Shown here piece by piece: positions 48,392 to 59,006 of a stretch of DNA of 64,000 nt. Both the position numbers and the translations under genes were made by a program. Positions within the stretch are counted from its first letter, which is position 1; each line of letters begins with the position of its first letter. The stretch is from contig JBBJMP010000017.1 of assembly GCA_037718865.1 (NCBI GenBank), forward strand, positions 12,926-76,925, read 5' to 3'. The notes below the pieces were generated by a model. It ran no database searches. It was not told the DNA's origin and was given only the letters and a program-made list of their open reading frames with translations. Source of the DNA: Chitinophagaceae bacterium. GTDB lineage: Bacteria > Bacteroidota > Bacteroidia > Chitinophagales > Chitinophagaceae.

Positions 48392-51055
48392 ATGAACAAA
48401 ACGTGCCTGCTTGTGCTTTTTTTAGTTTCATTATTCCTTGCTGCCCGAAGTAATCCCGGAGATTCGATCATTATGAAAAAGAAGTATTCCACCAGGCCAT
48501 TAAGTTCTGCCATCATCCTCGATGGGGTACCGGCAGAAGAGGCATGGAATGCTGTTGACTGGGGTGGTGATTTTATCCAGTGGCAGCCAAATGAAGGTAA
48601 GCCACCCTCACAACAAACTGATTTTAAGATCCTCTATGACGAAAAATTTTTGTATGTCGCTTATAGGTGCCATGACAAGGCTGCGGACTCCATCAATAAC
48701 TGGATGGGCCGGCGCGATGAATTTCCGGGTGATTGGGTGGAAATAAATATCGACAGCTATAACGACAAGCGTACGGCGTTTTCATTTACCATCTCCGTTT
48801 CAGGCGTGCGCAACGATGAATTCGTGTCTAATGATGGTAATAATTGGGATGCAAGCTGGAACCCGATATGGTTTGCTAAAACCCATGTTGACGATAAGGG
48901 CTGGACTGCTGAAATAAAAATTCCATTCAGCCAGTTAAGGTACGGCAACGAAGCCGAAAAAACCTGGGGCTTCCAGGTCACCAGGCGTTTGTTTCGCAAG
49001 GAAGAACGCTCCACCTGGCAATACATTCCGCAAAATTCCGGTGTATGGGTGAGCCGGTTTGGCGAATTACACGGATTAAATAACATACCCAGGCACCGGC
49101 AGGTTGAACTGGCCCCTTATATAACAGCACAGACGGATACCTATAAAAAAGAAGAAGGCAATCCATTTGCAAAAGGTTCAGACTCTAAAATAACCGGTGG
49201 CCTGGATGGAAAGGTCGCCATTACCAATGATCTTATTCTTGATTTCACCATCAATCCAGATTTCGGACAAGTGGAAGCCGACCCATCGCAGGTCCGCATC
49301 GACGGCTTTCAGAATTTTTTTGAAGAACGACGGCCATTTTTCATAGAAAGCCGGAACATTTTCAATTACCAGTTAACTGGATCAGAAGCCGGTGGTGATT
49401 ATGATTCGGATTTGTTATTTTACTCCCGACGTATAGGGAGCTCACCACACGGGAGCCCTAAGACCGGAAGCGGCGAGTATGCCAAGGCCCCGCAAAATAC
49501 TTCCATTCTCGGCGCAGCCAAGTTCAGCGGAAAAACAAAAAAAGGATGGAGCGTCGGCGTTCTTGAAAGTATCACTCAAAGAGAAATGGCCACGATTGAC
49601 CGTAATGGCCATAGAAGAAAAGAACTGGTTGAACCAATTACCAATTATTTTGTAGGACGGCTGCAAAAGGATATCAAGGCAGGTAATACGATTTTTGGTG
49701 GCATCATCACCGGTGTAAACCGGGAGAAAGGGTTGAACGATATTCTTCACAGCAACGCCTATTCAGGCGGCGTCGACTTTTTGCATTACTGGAAAAATCG
49801 CACATGGTACATACGTGGCAATATTGTCTTCAGCCATGTGCAAGGCACCAAAGAAGCGATTCTCCGCACACAAACCGGCTTCGAACATCTTTTTCAACGT
49901 ACTGGGGCAAACGAAGTATTGGTAGACAGTAGCCGTCGGTCACTTACGGGCATGGGTGGCACCATCCGGTTTGGAAAAATCGGGGGCAAGTCTGGTAAGC
50001 TGGGACAGGTGTTTAAATTTGAAACCGGTCTTACCGTACGTTCACCGGGACTGGAATTAAACGACATCGGATTTATGCTTACTTCCAATGAGATCAATCA
50101 TTTTACCTGGGCTGGTTTGCATTTTCAAAAGTCATTTTCTATTTTCAGGAATGCACGCCTGAATTACAATCACTGGTCCAGATGGGACTACGGCGGACAG
50201 TTCCTTTACCAGGCATTCAATTTTAACACACACGCCACATTCAAAAACAACTGGCAGTCAGGCACGGGGTTAACCTGGAATCCTTATGATATTTCAAACA
50301 ATGCTTTAAGGGGTGGGTCTTCCATACGCCGACCGCCAGGCATGGGGCATAATTTCTATCTCGGCACTGATTTCAGGAAGAAAATAGTTGGCAATATCAA
50401 CGTGTTCAATTTTTGGGGATTTGATGATGCTGTGAAAGGCCATGACCTGGGCGCATCCATAAGTTTTCAACCATTAAACGCACTGCGGATCAGGTTGGGC
50501 GGAGACTATTCTTATTATACCCGAAGGCAGGACCAGTTTATAAGTATTACAACGTACAACAATACCCGCAGGACAATCGTAGGACAGGTAAAACAGAAAA
50601 CACTTCGATTTACCGGCAGGTTGATCTATAACCTTACCCCGGAATTAACGATTCAATACTACGGGCAGCCTTTTATCACGCGCCCCCTCTACAATAACTT
50701 TGCTTACGTATCGAGCCCACTGGCTAAAAAATCCGATGACCGGTTTCACGTTTTTAATGGAAGTCAAATCAGCTTCACCAATGATAAATACCTGGTGGAT
50801 GAAAATGCTGACGGGAGCCCTGAGTATAGTTTCAGCAAACCCGATTTCAATTTTGTCCAGTTCCGCTCCAATCTTGTAGTCCGGTGGGAATACAAACCCG
50901 GCTCTGAACTCTACCTCGTATGGTCGCAGGGAAATACAGCCGACGCATTTTCCGATCTGGATACTCCAATAGGCAGAAGCTTACTTGACAATGCTTTTGC
51001 AGAACAAGCCAGGAACATATTCCTGATAAAGTGCACATACCGGTTTTTAAGGTAG
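48392..51055 (+). CDS. CBM9-like / DUF5916 domain outer-membrane-associated protein
   Basis: 887 aa with a signal peptide. The N-terminal segment IILDGVPAEEAWNAVDW...FLYVAYRCHD is typical of CBM9/DOMON-like domains. A long beta-rich C-terminal part follows. Confidence 0.8.
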   Translation: MNKTCLLVLFLVSLFLAARSNPGDSIIMKKKYSTRPLSSAIILDGVPAEEAWNAVDWGGDFIQWQPNEGKPPSQQTDFKILYDEKFLYVAYRCHDKAADSINNWMGRRDEFPGDWVEINIDSYNDKRTAFSFTISVSGVRNDEFVSNDGNNWDASWNPIWFAKTHVDDKGWTAEIKIPFSQLRYGNEAEKTWGFQVTRRLFRKEERSTWQYIPQNSGVWVSRFGELHGLNNIPRHRQVELAPYITAQTDTYKKEEGNPFAKGSDSKITGGLDGKVAITNDLILDFTINPDFGQVEADPSQVRIDGFQNFFEERRPFFIESRNIFNYQLTGSEAGGDYDSDLLFYSRRIGSSPHGSPKTGSGEYAKAPQNTSILGAAKFSGKTKKGWSVGVLESITQREMATIDRNGHRRKELVEPITNYFVGRLQKDIKAGNTIFGGIITGVNREKGLNDILHSNAYSGGVDFLHYWKNRTWYIRGNIVFSHVQGTKEAILRTQTGFEHLFQRTGANEVLVDSSRRSLTGMGGTIRFGKIGGKSGKLGQVFKFETGLTVRSPGLELNDIGFMLTSNEINHFTWAGLHFQKSFSIFRNARLNYNHWSRWDYGGQFLYQAFNFNTHATFKNNWQSGTGLTWNPYDISNNALRGGSSIRRPPGMGHNFYLGTDFRKKIVGNINVFNFWGFDDAVKGHDLGASISFQPLNALRIRLGGDYSYYTRRQDQFISITTYNNTRRTIVGQVKQKTLRFTGRLIYNLTPELTIQYYGQPFITRPLYNNFAYVSSPLAKKSDDRFHVFNGSQISFTNDKYLVDENADGSPEYSFSKPDFNFVQFRSNLVVRWEYKPGSELYLVWSQGNTADAFSDLDTPIGRSLLDNAFAEQARNIFLIKCTYRFLR

Positions 51056-51095
51056 CAATTAGTACAACTACTCAATCAGATTTAAAACGTGTCCT

Positions 51096-51854
51096 ATGAT
51101 CGTAAATTATACCGCAAACGGATGGGAAATCATTACACAAAGGGCTCATGGCATATTGGCTGCCCAGGTTGCTTCACATTGGAACCCGAAGCGGCGTCCT
51201 GGAAGATGGATGGAAACTTTACTGGCTATCGCAGAGCATGATGATGCTGAGGTTGAGTTGGATGGAGAGACTTTACTGACCGCAAGCGGAGGGCCCTTAA
51301 ATTTTTCAATGAAGCAATTTGACTTACCGCATTGTGAAAAGCTGGCTATGCTAACGCTGACCAAGAGCCGTTATATTTCCTTATTGACGTCTCTCCACAT
51401 GGACTTTTTATACCGAAAAGAAGAGCACGACAATAAGGCCGCTCGTGCTTTTTTACAAGAGCAAAGAAAGCTTCAAACAGATTTGAGAAAAGCGTTAGGC
51501 ATGGAGGAAAGTGAAATGAAGAGAATTTATTATCTGTTGGAATGGTGCGATGCATTCTCCCTGATCCTTTGTCAGCGCCAGGTACAGCCAGAGAAGAGAT
51601 CTATAGAAGTCAGTACAGGTCCCGATCAGGTAACATATCATCTCTTACAGACCGGGGAGAAGGAACTAACGGTTGATCCGTGGCCGTTTGATATAAACAC
51701 ATTTACTGTCTATTTTGAATCGAGGTTAATTCAGCAATTGCAATTTGAAGATGCTGCGGCATTCCGGGAAGCTTTTGTCAAAGCTGCTGTAATGGAAACA
51801 ACCTGGGAAATTGTAAAGAAGTCATCCAATATAAAAAAACCGGCAAAAATCTGA
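51096..51854 (+). CDS. DUF3891-family protein
   Basis: The N-terminus GWEIITQRAHGILAAQVASHW and the 252-aa length fit DUF3891 (from memory). Confidence 0.65.
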   Translation: MIVNYTANGWEIITQRAHGILAAQVASHWNPKRRPGRWMETLLAIAEHDDAEVELDGETLLTASGGPLNFSMKQFDLPHCEKLAMLTLTKSRYISLLTSLHMDFLYRKEEHDNKAARAFLQEQRKLQTDLRKALGMEESEMKRIYYLLEWCDAFSLILCQRQVQPEKRSIEVSTGPDQVTYHLLQTGEKELTVDPWPFDINTFTVYFESRLIQQLQFEDAAAFREAFVKAAVMETTWEIVKKSSNIKKPAKI

Positions 51855-51858
51855 CCAG

Positions 51859-52540
51859 TCAGGGCGTTTCATTTACTGCGGGATTTTTTTGAAAAGACCT
51901 GCGATATTGGCCGTTTTTCCTGATTTCTATACTCGTAGCAATACCACTGAAGGTCAATTTAACGATATAATTAAAAAACGAGCGGTCCCGCAACCGGTTA
52001 AAATAAACAAGGCCGGTTCTTTCCTGGTTATTTGGTTTGACCAGAAACGTATTAATTAAAAAGCTGGCCCTTCGTTTCAGAAAGGTAGATCTCAATTCGC
52101 CTTTCCTGAGTAGCTTGATCCGTAAGTTACGGTAGTACAGCCTAGTCTCACCATATCCCACGTACTCATTACCTACAGCGGCAAGATAATAGTGTGTCAG
52201 TTTTTCCGGAAGTGAGTTTTATGTCAATTAACGGGGCCAGCAAGGGATTTAAAACGGCAAGCGATGCCGGATGACTGTTAAGCTCCATCAAAAATCCACC
52301 AAGTGAATCAACATACGATTCGTTTACTTTCAGGTTGAAACGAATCGAGTTCATCAATGTTCCGGTAAGGGCCAAGGACAATGAGTCATGCGCATAGATA
52401 TCAAAGTTTTTAACGTTTGAAAGATTGGCATTGAGATGAGTCAGTAGTACGATACCCGCCTTTCTTGTCCTGGCGTTCTTTTCAATATAGTTTACATTGC
52501 CTTCTGTAATCTCAATTCGATCGATAGATGCGGAGAGAAA
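51859..52540 (-). pseudogene. AsmA-like / large envelope-assembly protein C-terminal relic (frameshifted, no start)
   Basis: Open frame ...SIDRIEITEGNVNYIEKNARTRKAGIVLLTHLNANLSNV...LTGTLMNSIRF.... The tail ...RDRSFFNYIVKLTFSGIATSI is in another frame. The family call is tentative. Confidence 0.35.
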
Positions 52541-52546
52541 CCGTTA

Positions 52547-52873
52547 GTTGAAGACAAAGGCGACCGGCTTATTTACAATGCCGAAAAAGATAACTCCAAT
52601 GCCGGCGGCACGGCTGCCGACATACTTCGGAAAGTACCGACCCTTACGGTTGATCTCGACGGCAACGTGCAAATGCGGGGCAACAGTAACATAAAAGTGC
52701 TGATCAATGGTAAACCATCGGCTATGATGGCCCGCAACCTCGCTGACGCCCTCAAGCAGATGACATTTACGTCGGAAGACCGCTTCTTTTGGGTAAACCG
52801 CTCGGCAAGGCTGACGTTTGAATGGCGGTTTGGACAGATGAATGCTGGTAGCCAAGCAGGGAAAGAAGATTAA
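52547..52873 (+). pseudogene. Outer-membrane beta-barrel (TonB-dependent-receptor-like) relic: plug segment fused to the last barrel strand
   Basis: AADILRKVPTLTVDLDGNVQMRGNSNIKVLINGKPSAMMARNLADALKQM is joined in frame to ...RSARLTFEWRFGQM.... The several hundred residues of barrel are missing. Confidence 0.6.
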
Positions 52874-52980
52874 GAACGATAATAGTGGGAGATGAATAAA
52901 TTATATACCCTTAAAGTGGTATTGCAAATTTAAATAGTCTTGTATACCTTGCCTTCATCATTTCCGATAACCTCAATCAC

Positions 52981-53685
52981 ATGAAATTTAATATAATTAT
53001 CCTCGCAGTTATACTCTTTCTGTTGCAAGCTTGCGTTAAACCACCTGTTCCGCAACCAATACCAGTAAATAAAAAAATTCTCGTGGATGCCTCCAGAGAC
53101 GGAGGAGTTTGGTGGTCACCCCAAAGCGGACAACCAGGTAACGCCAATGCTCCACACCAGGGAAAGAAATTGGCTGACTATCTTAAAAGCCTGGGATACC
53201 AGGTAGATGAGCTTTCGAGCGGGACAACTATTACATGGCCGTTATTGAAGCAATATACCAGAATAATCCGTGCTGGTGGTTTTGGTAACTATTCACCTGG
53301 TGAAATAGAGGCCTATGATTCTTTCCTGAGCAGGCCATCGTCGCTGATGTTACTGCAGGATCATCTTTCGAATTATTCAAATGATTTATTATCTGAGCAC
53401 CTCGGCGTTGAATTTACCGGATCAGAGATTGGACATGTTACCAAATTTGCACCACACTCAATTACTGCAGGGGTAACTTTACACGACTATGTAGCTGGCT
53501 CAACCGTAAGCAATTCAATTAAAAATTCCGGTATAACGGTGTTGGGATGGCTGGGCCCCAACGACTATCCTGTAATGGGTATTTTACACTACCCGACTGC
53601 ACGAATATTTTTTATAGGGGACATGAACGGCTTGGAACAAGTTCCTCAGCCCTTTTCAGGTAACTTAATCAAATGGTTGTTTTAG
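52981..53685 (+). CDS. Hypothetical lipoprotein
   Basis: 234 aa with lipobox LLQAC. No firm family assignment. Confidence 0.6.
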   Translation: MKFNIIILAVILFLLQACVKPPVPQPIPVNKKILVDASRDGGVWWSPQSGQPGNANAPHQGKKLADYLKSLGYQVDELSSGTTITWPLLKQYTRIIRAGGFGNYSPGEIEAYDSFLSRPSSLMLLQDHLSNYSNDLLSEHLGVEFTGSEIGHVTKFAPHSITAGVTLHDYVAGSTVSNSIKNSGITVLGWLGPNDYPVMGILHYPTARIFFIGDMNGLEQVPQPFSGNLIKWLF

Positions 53686-53744
53686 GGTGGTAGACTCACA
53701 TCCCAACCGCCGCTTTAAAAACCGTTTTCAATTCTTCAAAATTC

Positions 53745-54303
53745 TTAATGGCATGGGCAGGCAATTCTCCCATTCTTACCAAATACATACATGGCCGGTT
53801 CCTCTTCTATCGTGCAGGTTGATTCGTCGATGTTGCCTTCTTTATTTTTTACGGCACCCAGATTTAGTCCGAGGTGTAAGGCCATAAACGAATACATGGC
53901 TACCCGCTTGGAAAGGCCGTAATCATGGCCTTCATCAGGCAGGTGAACATTCTTTACCCGTTCTTGTTTACCGTAAAAATTATACATTCTCTGGAGGTAA
54001 GGATACTCATTCACCGGCACATGCTGCGTCCAGTCCTTGCCATCCGATATAGCGAGTTGCGGCCTGGGGGCGGCCATGGCAGCTATTTCCGGGTTATTGG
54101 TACCGCCACCGCATAAATGCACGCCCATACCCAAACTTAAGTCCCCTCGGATTATTCAGGCCGGTAGCAAATACAGTGACCTTTGACACAGTGCTGTCGC
54201 TTCCCATGCACTGGCAATCAGGATGCGCATCTTTTTTACACGCAGTAAAAAATAACACAATCGCAAGCATCGCGCCTGCTTGACAGGTAATTGTTTTTTT
54301 CAT
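53745..54303 (-). pseudogene. Chimeric relic: lipoprotein N-terminus (ScyD/ScyE-like, VFATGLNNPRGLKFG) fused to the C-terminal third of an alpha/beta hydrolase
   Basis: ORF 54094-54303 has a lipobox FFTAC. ORF 53745-54134 ends with HLPDEGHDYG (catalytic His region). The two frames meet at about 54120-54135. Confidence 0.55.
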
Positions 54304-54444
54304 ATATTTCTGTTTAGTGTTTAAATAATGAGCTAAACTTTAGGGCAGGCGTTTATTAAACGGAGGTACTGACGATCATTGAAGTGGTCAGCAGACAAAT
54401 TATAATGAGTTTTTTTAACTTCGGATACACAGGAAAGTAACAAA

Positions 54445-55833
54445 ATGAAATTTTTAATAAGATTTTCTCCATTACAATTTATTTTCCTCTTACTGCTGGC
54501 TTCGCTGTCACCTGCTACCGGTCATCCACAAGGAAGGAATTCTACTGTTGTCTTCCCAATCAAAGCGAGTGAAAATAAACGATACTTTGTAGATCAGGAA
54601 GGCTTACCATTTTTTTACCATGCTGAAACAGGCTGGCAGATCTTTACAAAGTTGACTACGGAAGAAGCCCTTGAATACTTGCAGGCACGGCGGGCACAGG
54701 GCTTTAACGCAGTGCAAACACAGCTCGCAACTACTCCTAAAGATGTCAACCGCTATAATCAACGTCCTTTTCATAACGACAATGATTTTAGTCAGCCAAA
54801 TGAAGCCTACTACGATCATATAAAAGGTATCGTAGCAAAAGCAGATTCCCTCGGATTACTCATTGTCATCTCGGCTCCCTGGCTGGATTGCTGCAGAGGC
54901 GGTTTTGGAATGGGCGCAGAAAAGCCGTATCAAAAAAACGGAACATTAAAGAGTCTTGAATATGGAAAATACCTTGGCAATACCTTCAAACAATTTAAAA
55001 ACATCATGTGGATCATGGGTGGCGATAATGATCCGGGACAAGACCGCCAGTCCATTGAACAACTGGCTATAGGGTTGAAAGAAACCGCGCCTCATCAAAT
55101 GATAACGTATCATGCAGCGGCCACGCATTCCAGCACCGATTTATTCCACTATGCATCCTGGCTGGACTTTAGTATGGTATACACTTACTGGCGGCATAAA
55201 AGCAATATCTGGCTTCCTTCAGATCAGGTTCCGGAAGTGTATGAAGTCTGTCTGAAAGAATATAATAAATCAGACCACATGCCATTTATTCTTGGCGAGG
55301 CTCAATATGAAGGCTCCTCAGGAAATAATGCAGGTACTCCGGATCAGGTAAGAAGGCAGGCGTATTGGACCATGTTATCGGGCGGCTCCGGGCATGCCTA
55401 TGGTTCTGAAATATATGGTTTCCCGGCAAATTGGCGGGAGAAGTTAAAAAATCCGGGCGCCAGGCAGATGGAGTATTTCATTGATATCTTTAATACATTG
55501 CCCTGGTGGCAATTGATCCCTGACCAAAAGCATCAATTCGTAAGCAAAGGGTTCGGGGAGTATGGAAAGCTTAACTATGTTACTGCAGCAGTAACCGGCG
55601 ACAAAAGACTGGCTGTGATTTATATGACTTCCAGGCAAACGATCACCGTTGACCTGGCGAAATTAGTGGGTTCAACTATTGAAACGGCATGGTACAACCC
55701 CCGCGACGGAATGTTGATCACGGCAGGTACGTTCAGTAAAAAAACAATGCATACATTTATACCGCCTGCAGTTGGGGATTGGGTTTTGCTCTTTAAAGAT
55801 TCTTTGTATGACTTAATGATGTTTGTCAGGTAA
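54445..55833 (+). CDS. DUF4038 / GH140-like glycoside hydrolase
   Basis: 462 aa with a signal peptide. RYFVDQEGLPFFYHAETGWQIF..EEALEYLQARRAQGFNAVQ is typical of DUF4038. Confidence 0.8.
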   Translation: MKFLIRFSPLQFIFLLLLASLSPATGHPQGRNSTVVFPIKASENKRYFVDQEGLPFFYHAETGWQIFTKLTTEEALEYLQARRAQGFNAVQTQLATTPKDVNRYNQRPFHNDNDFSQPNEAYYDHIKGIVAKADSLGLLIVISAPWLDCCRGGFGMGAEKPYQKNGTLKSLEYGKYLGNTFKQFKNIMWIMGGDNDPGQDRQSIEQLAIGLKETAPHQMITYHAAATHSSTDLFHYASWLDFSMVYTYWRHKSNIWLPSDQVPEVYEVCLKEYNKSDHMPFILGEAQYEGSSGNNAGTPDQVRRQAYWTMLSGGSGHAYGSEIYGFPANWREKLKNPGARQMEYFIDIFNTLPWWQLIPDQKHQFVSKGFGEYGKLNYVTAAVTGDKRLAVIYMTSRQTITVDLAKLVGSTIETAWYNPRDGMLITAGTFSKKTMHTFIPPAVGDWVLLFKDSLYDLMMFVR

Positions 55834-55895
55834 GGGTATATTAAAGAGTTAGCATAATGGGGAGGTTCAATAAATAACCAGCCAATTGAAGAGTT

Positions 55896-55989
55896 CTTTG
55901 TGAATTCTTTGTCGACCATTGTGGCTTCTTTGTGGTTATTTTTTACCGCGAAGAACGCACAAAGTGAAAGCCACGAAAAAGGCACAAAG
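55896..55989. repeat. Intergenic palindromic element built from CTTTGTG / CACAAAG heptamers
   Basis: CTTTGTG at 55896 and 55927, with variants at 55907 and 55917. The inverted CACAAAG lies at 55958 and 55983. GTGGCTT...AAGCCAC arms are present. Confidence 0.6.
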
Positions 55990-56125
55990 GCTTAGTTGTC
56001 TTAGCGTTATTTAAACCAGTCTTTCATTCTGTTTAGTTGACCGTATACTTAATCCAAAGTATTACCTTCAATAACGGTAATACCCAAAACGAGGAAATCT
56101 TAAAAATTTCAATAAAATTAATGCA

Positions 56126-57463
56126 ATGTCAAATCGCAGGAAGTTCTTACAAAATACTGCTTCCCTGGTTGGAGGCAGCATGCTGGCATCAGCTGTTGGT
56201 AACCAGGCCTTTGCCCTTGTTAAAAACCGTGTTGCGCCAAGCGACCAGCTGAATATTGGAGCCATTGGTATCAACGGAATGGGATGGTCTGATGTTACAG
56301 CGGCTTTAAAAGTGCCCGGAATAAACCTTGTGGCCGTTTGTGATGTGGATAAAAACGTATTGGATAAAAGGCGGGCTGATATGGTTAAAATGAATGTTGA
56401 TCCGGCTAAAGTAAAAACCTACGGTGACTACCGTCAGCTGCTGGATCAGAAAGACGTTGATGCAGTTATCATAGGAACACCTGACCATTGGCATGCGCTG
56501 ATCATGATGCACGCCTGTGCTGCAGGCAAAGATGTGTATTGCGAAAAACCGGTAGGTAACTCTATCGAAGAATGCAGGGCCATGGTAAGTGCGCAGCAGA
56601 AGTATAACAAAGTGGTGCAGGTGGGACAATGGCAGCGCAGTCAGCAACATTTCAAAGATGCCGTTGACTTTGTTCAAAGTGGTAAGTTGGGAAACATAAG
56701 AACGGTAAAAGTCTGGTGCTACCAGGGATGGATGAAACCAGGCCCCGTTGTGCCTGATACAGCCCCGCCTCCAGGGGTGGATTATGCCATGTGGTTAGGA
56801 CCGGCAGAGAAACGTGCATTTAATGCAAGCCGTTTTCATTTTAATTTCAGATGGTTCTGGGATTATGCAGGAGGTTTGATGACTGACTGGGGTGTGCATT
56901 TATTAGATTACGGCTTGTTAGGCATGAAGTCACCGATACCTAAGTCAGTATCTGCTTTAGGCGGCCGCTTTGCGTATCCCGATTTATATGAAGAGACCCC
57001 TGATACACTAACTACATTGTATGAATTTGATGGCTTCAATATGGTTTGGGATTCTGCCATGGGGATAGACAATGGATCGTATAACAGAGATCATGGCATA
57101 GCCTACATTGGCAATAACGGAACACTGATATTAAACCGAGGAGGATGGGAGATAATAGAAGAAAAGCAAAGCAAAAATAAAGTAAGTAAACCATTAGAAA
57201 AACCTTCGGATAACGGTCTTAATAAACACATGGAGAATTTTTTCAGCGTGATAAAATCCCGAAAAATGGAAGAGTTGAATTGCTCCGTACAGGCTGGCGC
57301 ACATGTTGCAACAATAGCACAAATGGGAAATATTGCTTTTCAGAGTAGTAAAAAACTCCAATGGGACATGGCAAAAGAACATTTTACGGATCAGTCTGTT
57401 AACAAACAATATATGATGAAGGCATATCACAATGGTTATAAATTGCCTAAATATAATATCTAG
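56126..57463 (+). CDS. Gfo/Idh/MocA-family oxidoreductase with Tat signal (paralog of 38484-39839)
   Basis: NRRKFLQNTASLVGG. It shares IIGTPDHWH, VVQVGQWQRS and F[RN]..WDYAGGLMTDWGVH blocks with the other copy. Confidence 0.9.
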   Translation: MSNRRKFLQNTASLVGGSMLASAVGNQAFALVKNRVAPSDQLNIGAIGINGMGWSDVTAALKVPGINLVAVCDVDKNVLDKRRADMVKMNVDPAKVKTYGDYRQLLDQKDVDAVIIGTPDHWHALIMMHACAAGKDVYCEKPVGNSIEECRAMVSAQQKYNKVVQVGQWQRSQQHFKDAVDFVQSGKLGNIRTVKVWCYQGWMKPGPVVPDTAPPPGVDYAMWLGPAEKRAFNASRFHFNFRWFWDYAGGLMTDWGVHLLDYGLLGMKSPIPKSVSALGGRFAYPDLYEETPDTLTTLYEFDGFNMVWDSAMGIDNGSYNRDHGIAYIGNNGTLILNRGGWEIIEEKQSKNKVSKPLEKPSDNGLNKHMENFFSVIKSRKMEELNCSVQAGAHVATIAQMGNIAFQSSKKLQWDMAKEHFTDQSVNKQYMMKAYHNGYKLPKYNI

Positions 57464-57505
57464 TACTGATAGAAATCTAATTTAACCTTCTCAAAAAAAA
57501 ACACA

Positions 57506-58414
57506 ATGATTCTGTTAATACTGGGTTTTATCATTTTGCTGGCAGGCGGTGCTGTTGCAAGAAGCGATGAAAGGTTGAGACGGTTCGGAATTCCTATCAG
57601 GATTATCGGACTCGTGATCATGCTATTCGGCGTTTTGGTATCATGTGTTATACAAATCGATGCCGGAGAGGTTGGCGTAAAGAAATTATTTGGTAAGGTA
57701 CAAAAAGATGTCCTGGGCAGCGGCCTGCATTTCATCAATCCTTTGATGGAAATACAAAAGCTTGACATTAAAACGCAGAATTACACGATGAGCGGTGTTG
57801 GTGATGAGGGATCAAAAGCCGGAGATGATGCCATCAAAGTTTTAACTGCGGACGGACTGGAAGTAACGATCGACCTTTCTGTCTTGTACCGCTTGGTTAC
57901 CAATGATGCTCCAAAGTTGTTGCAGGAAACAGGTGCGGATTATGAAGACAAGATCGTTCGTCCCATCACCAGGACAAGAATCCGCGATAATGCCGTATAC
58001 TATGATGCGGTAGCGTTGTATTCTACCAAGCGCGATGAATTCCAGCAACGGATATTTAAAAACATTGAGGCTGACTTTAGAAACCGGGGATTGATGCTTG
58101 AAAATCTGCTGGTTCGAAATATCACACTTCCGCAATCCGTTAAGGTAACTATTGAACAAAAAATCAATGCCGAACAGGATGCACAGAAGATGCAGTTTGT
58201 TCTTCAGAAAGAAAAACAGGAAGCGGAGCGCAGAAGAATAGAAGCACAGGGGATAGCAGACTATCAGCGTATCATCAGTGAAAGTTTAACGGACAGGCAG
58301 TTGCAATTTGAAAGCATAAAGGCGCAACTTGAAATAGCCAAATCCCAAAACGCAAAAGTGATTATTATGGGCAAAGGAAATACACCGGTGATCCTGGACA
58401 GTAAGGCGCAGTAA
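57506..58414 (+). CDS. SPFH/band-7 (prohibitin/HflC-like) membrane protein
   Basis: An N-terminal TM segment, the SPFH core, and a C-terminal coiled coil (QKEKQEAERRRIEAQGIADYQR). Confidence 0.88.
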   Translation: MILLILGFIILLAGGAVARSDERLRRFGIPIRIIGLVIMLFGVLVSCVIQIDAGEVGVKKLFGKVQKDVLGSGLHFINPLMEIQKLDIKTQNYTMSGVGDEGSKAGDDAIKVLTADGLEVTIDLSVLYRLVTNDAPKLLQETGADYEDKIVRPITRTRIRDNAVYYDAVALYSTKRDEFQQRIFKNIEADFRNRGLMLENLLVRNITLPQSVKVTIEQKINAEQDAQKMQFVLQKEKQEAERRRIEAQGIADYQRIISESLTDRQLQFESIKAQLEIAKSQNAKVIIMGKGNTPVILDSKAQ

Positions 58415-58418
58415 AAAG

Positions 58419-59006
58419 TCAGGCGAGGGGCCGTTGGTTCAGTTCATAATAGAGCAGAACCACTCCTGAACTAAAAGTTGTCGTTTTATACAGCTTCATA
58501 GTAAACCTATCAGGCAGGTTTTTAAATAACGGTTTGCCTTTCCCCAAAAGGACCGGGTGCACCCACATGTGGTATTCATCGACTAAGCCCAGATGAATTA
58601 AAGCTGAAACCACTCTCCCACTTCCGTACACGATCATGTCATAACCAGGCTGTTGTTTCAGACGTGTTATTTCACCTGCAATGTTTCCTTTTACCACAAT
58701 CGAATTATTCCATTGAGCAGCTGCAAGGGTTTTTGAAAAGACAAGTTTGGTGTAATTATTCATCATGTTTGCAAAAGCAATGTCCTCTCTGGGAAAGGAC
58801 AGGTCTTTTGATTTAGAAGGCCAGTATCTGGCCATGGCAGCATAGGTAACCCTTCCTAATAATATGGTATCTGCTTTACTTAATTGCTCACATAGAGAAT
58901 GAGCCATGTCATTGGTCCAGCATTGAAAATGCCAGTCCAGTTCGCAGTTGGGACCCGATATGAAACCATCCAGGGTCACGTTCATCGATACAATTATTTT
59001 TCTCAT
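58419..59006 (-). CDS. Dihydrofolate reductase-family (RibD C-terminal domain) protein
   Basis: MRKIIVSMNVTLDGFISGPN...LLGRVTY...VYGSG motifs. Confidence 0.85.
   Translation of the reverse strand: MRKIIVSMNVTLDGFISGPNCELDWHFQCWTNDMAHSLCEQLSKADTILLGRVTYAAMARYWPSKSKDLSFPREDIAFANMMNNYTKLVFSKTLAAAQWNNSIVVKGNIAGEITRLKQQPGYDMIVYGSGRVVSALIHLGLVDEYHMWVHPVLLGKGKPLFKNLPDRFTMKLYKTTTFSSGVVLLYYELNQRPLA

Noticed and set aside
55620-55985. A 121-aa minus-strand ORF
   Set aside because: It overlaps the 3' end of the GH140-like gene and runs through the CTTTGTG/CACAAAG repeat element, so it is an artefact of the repeat.
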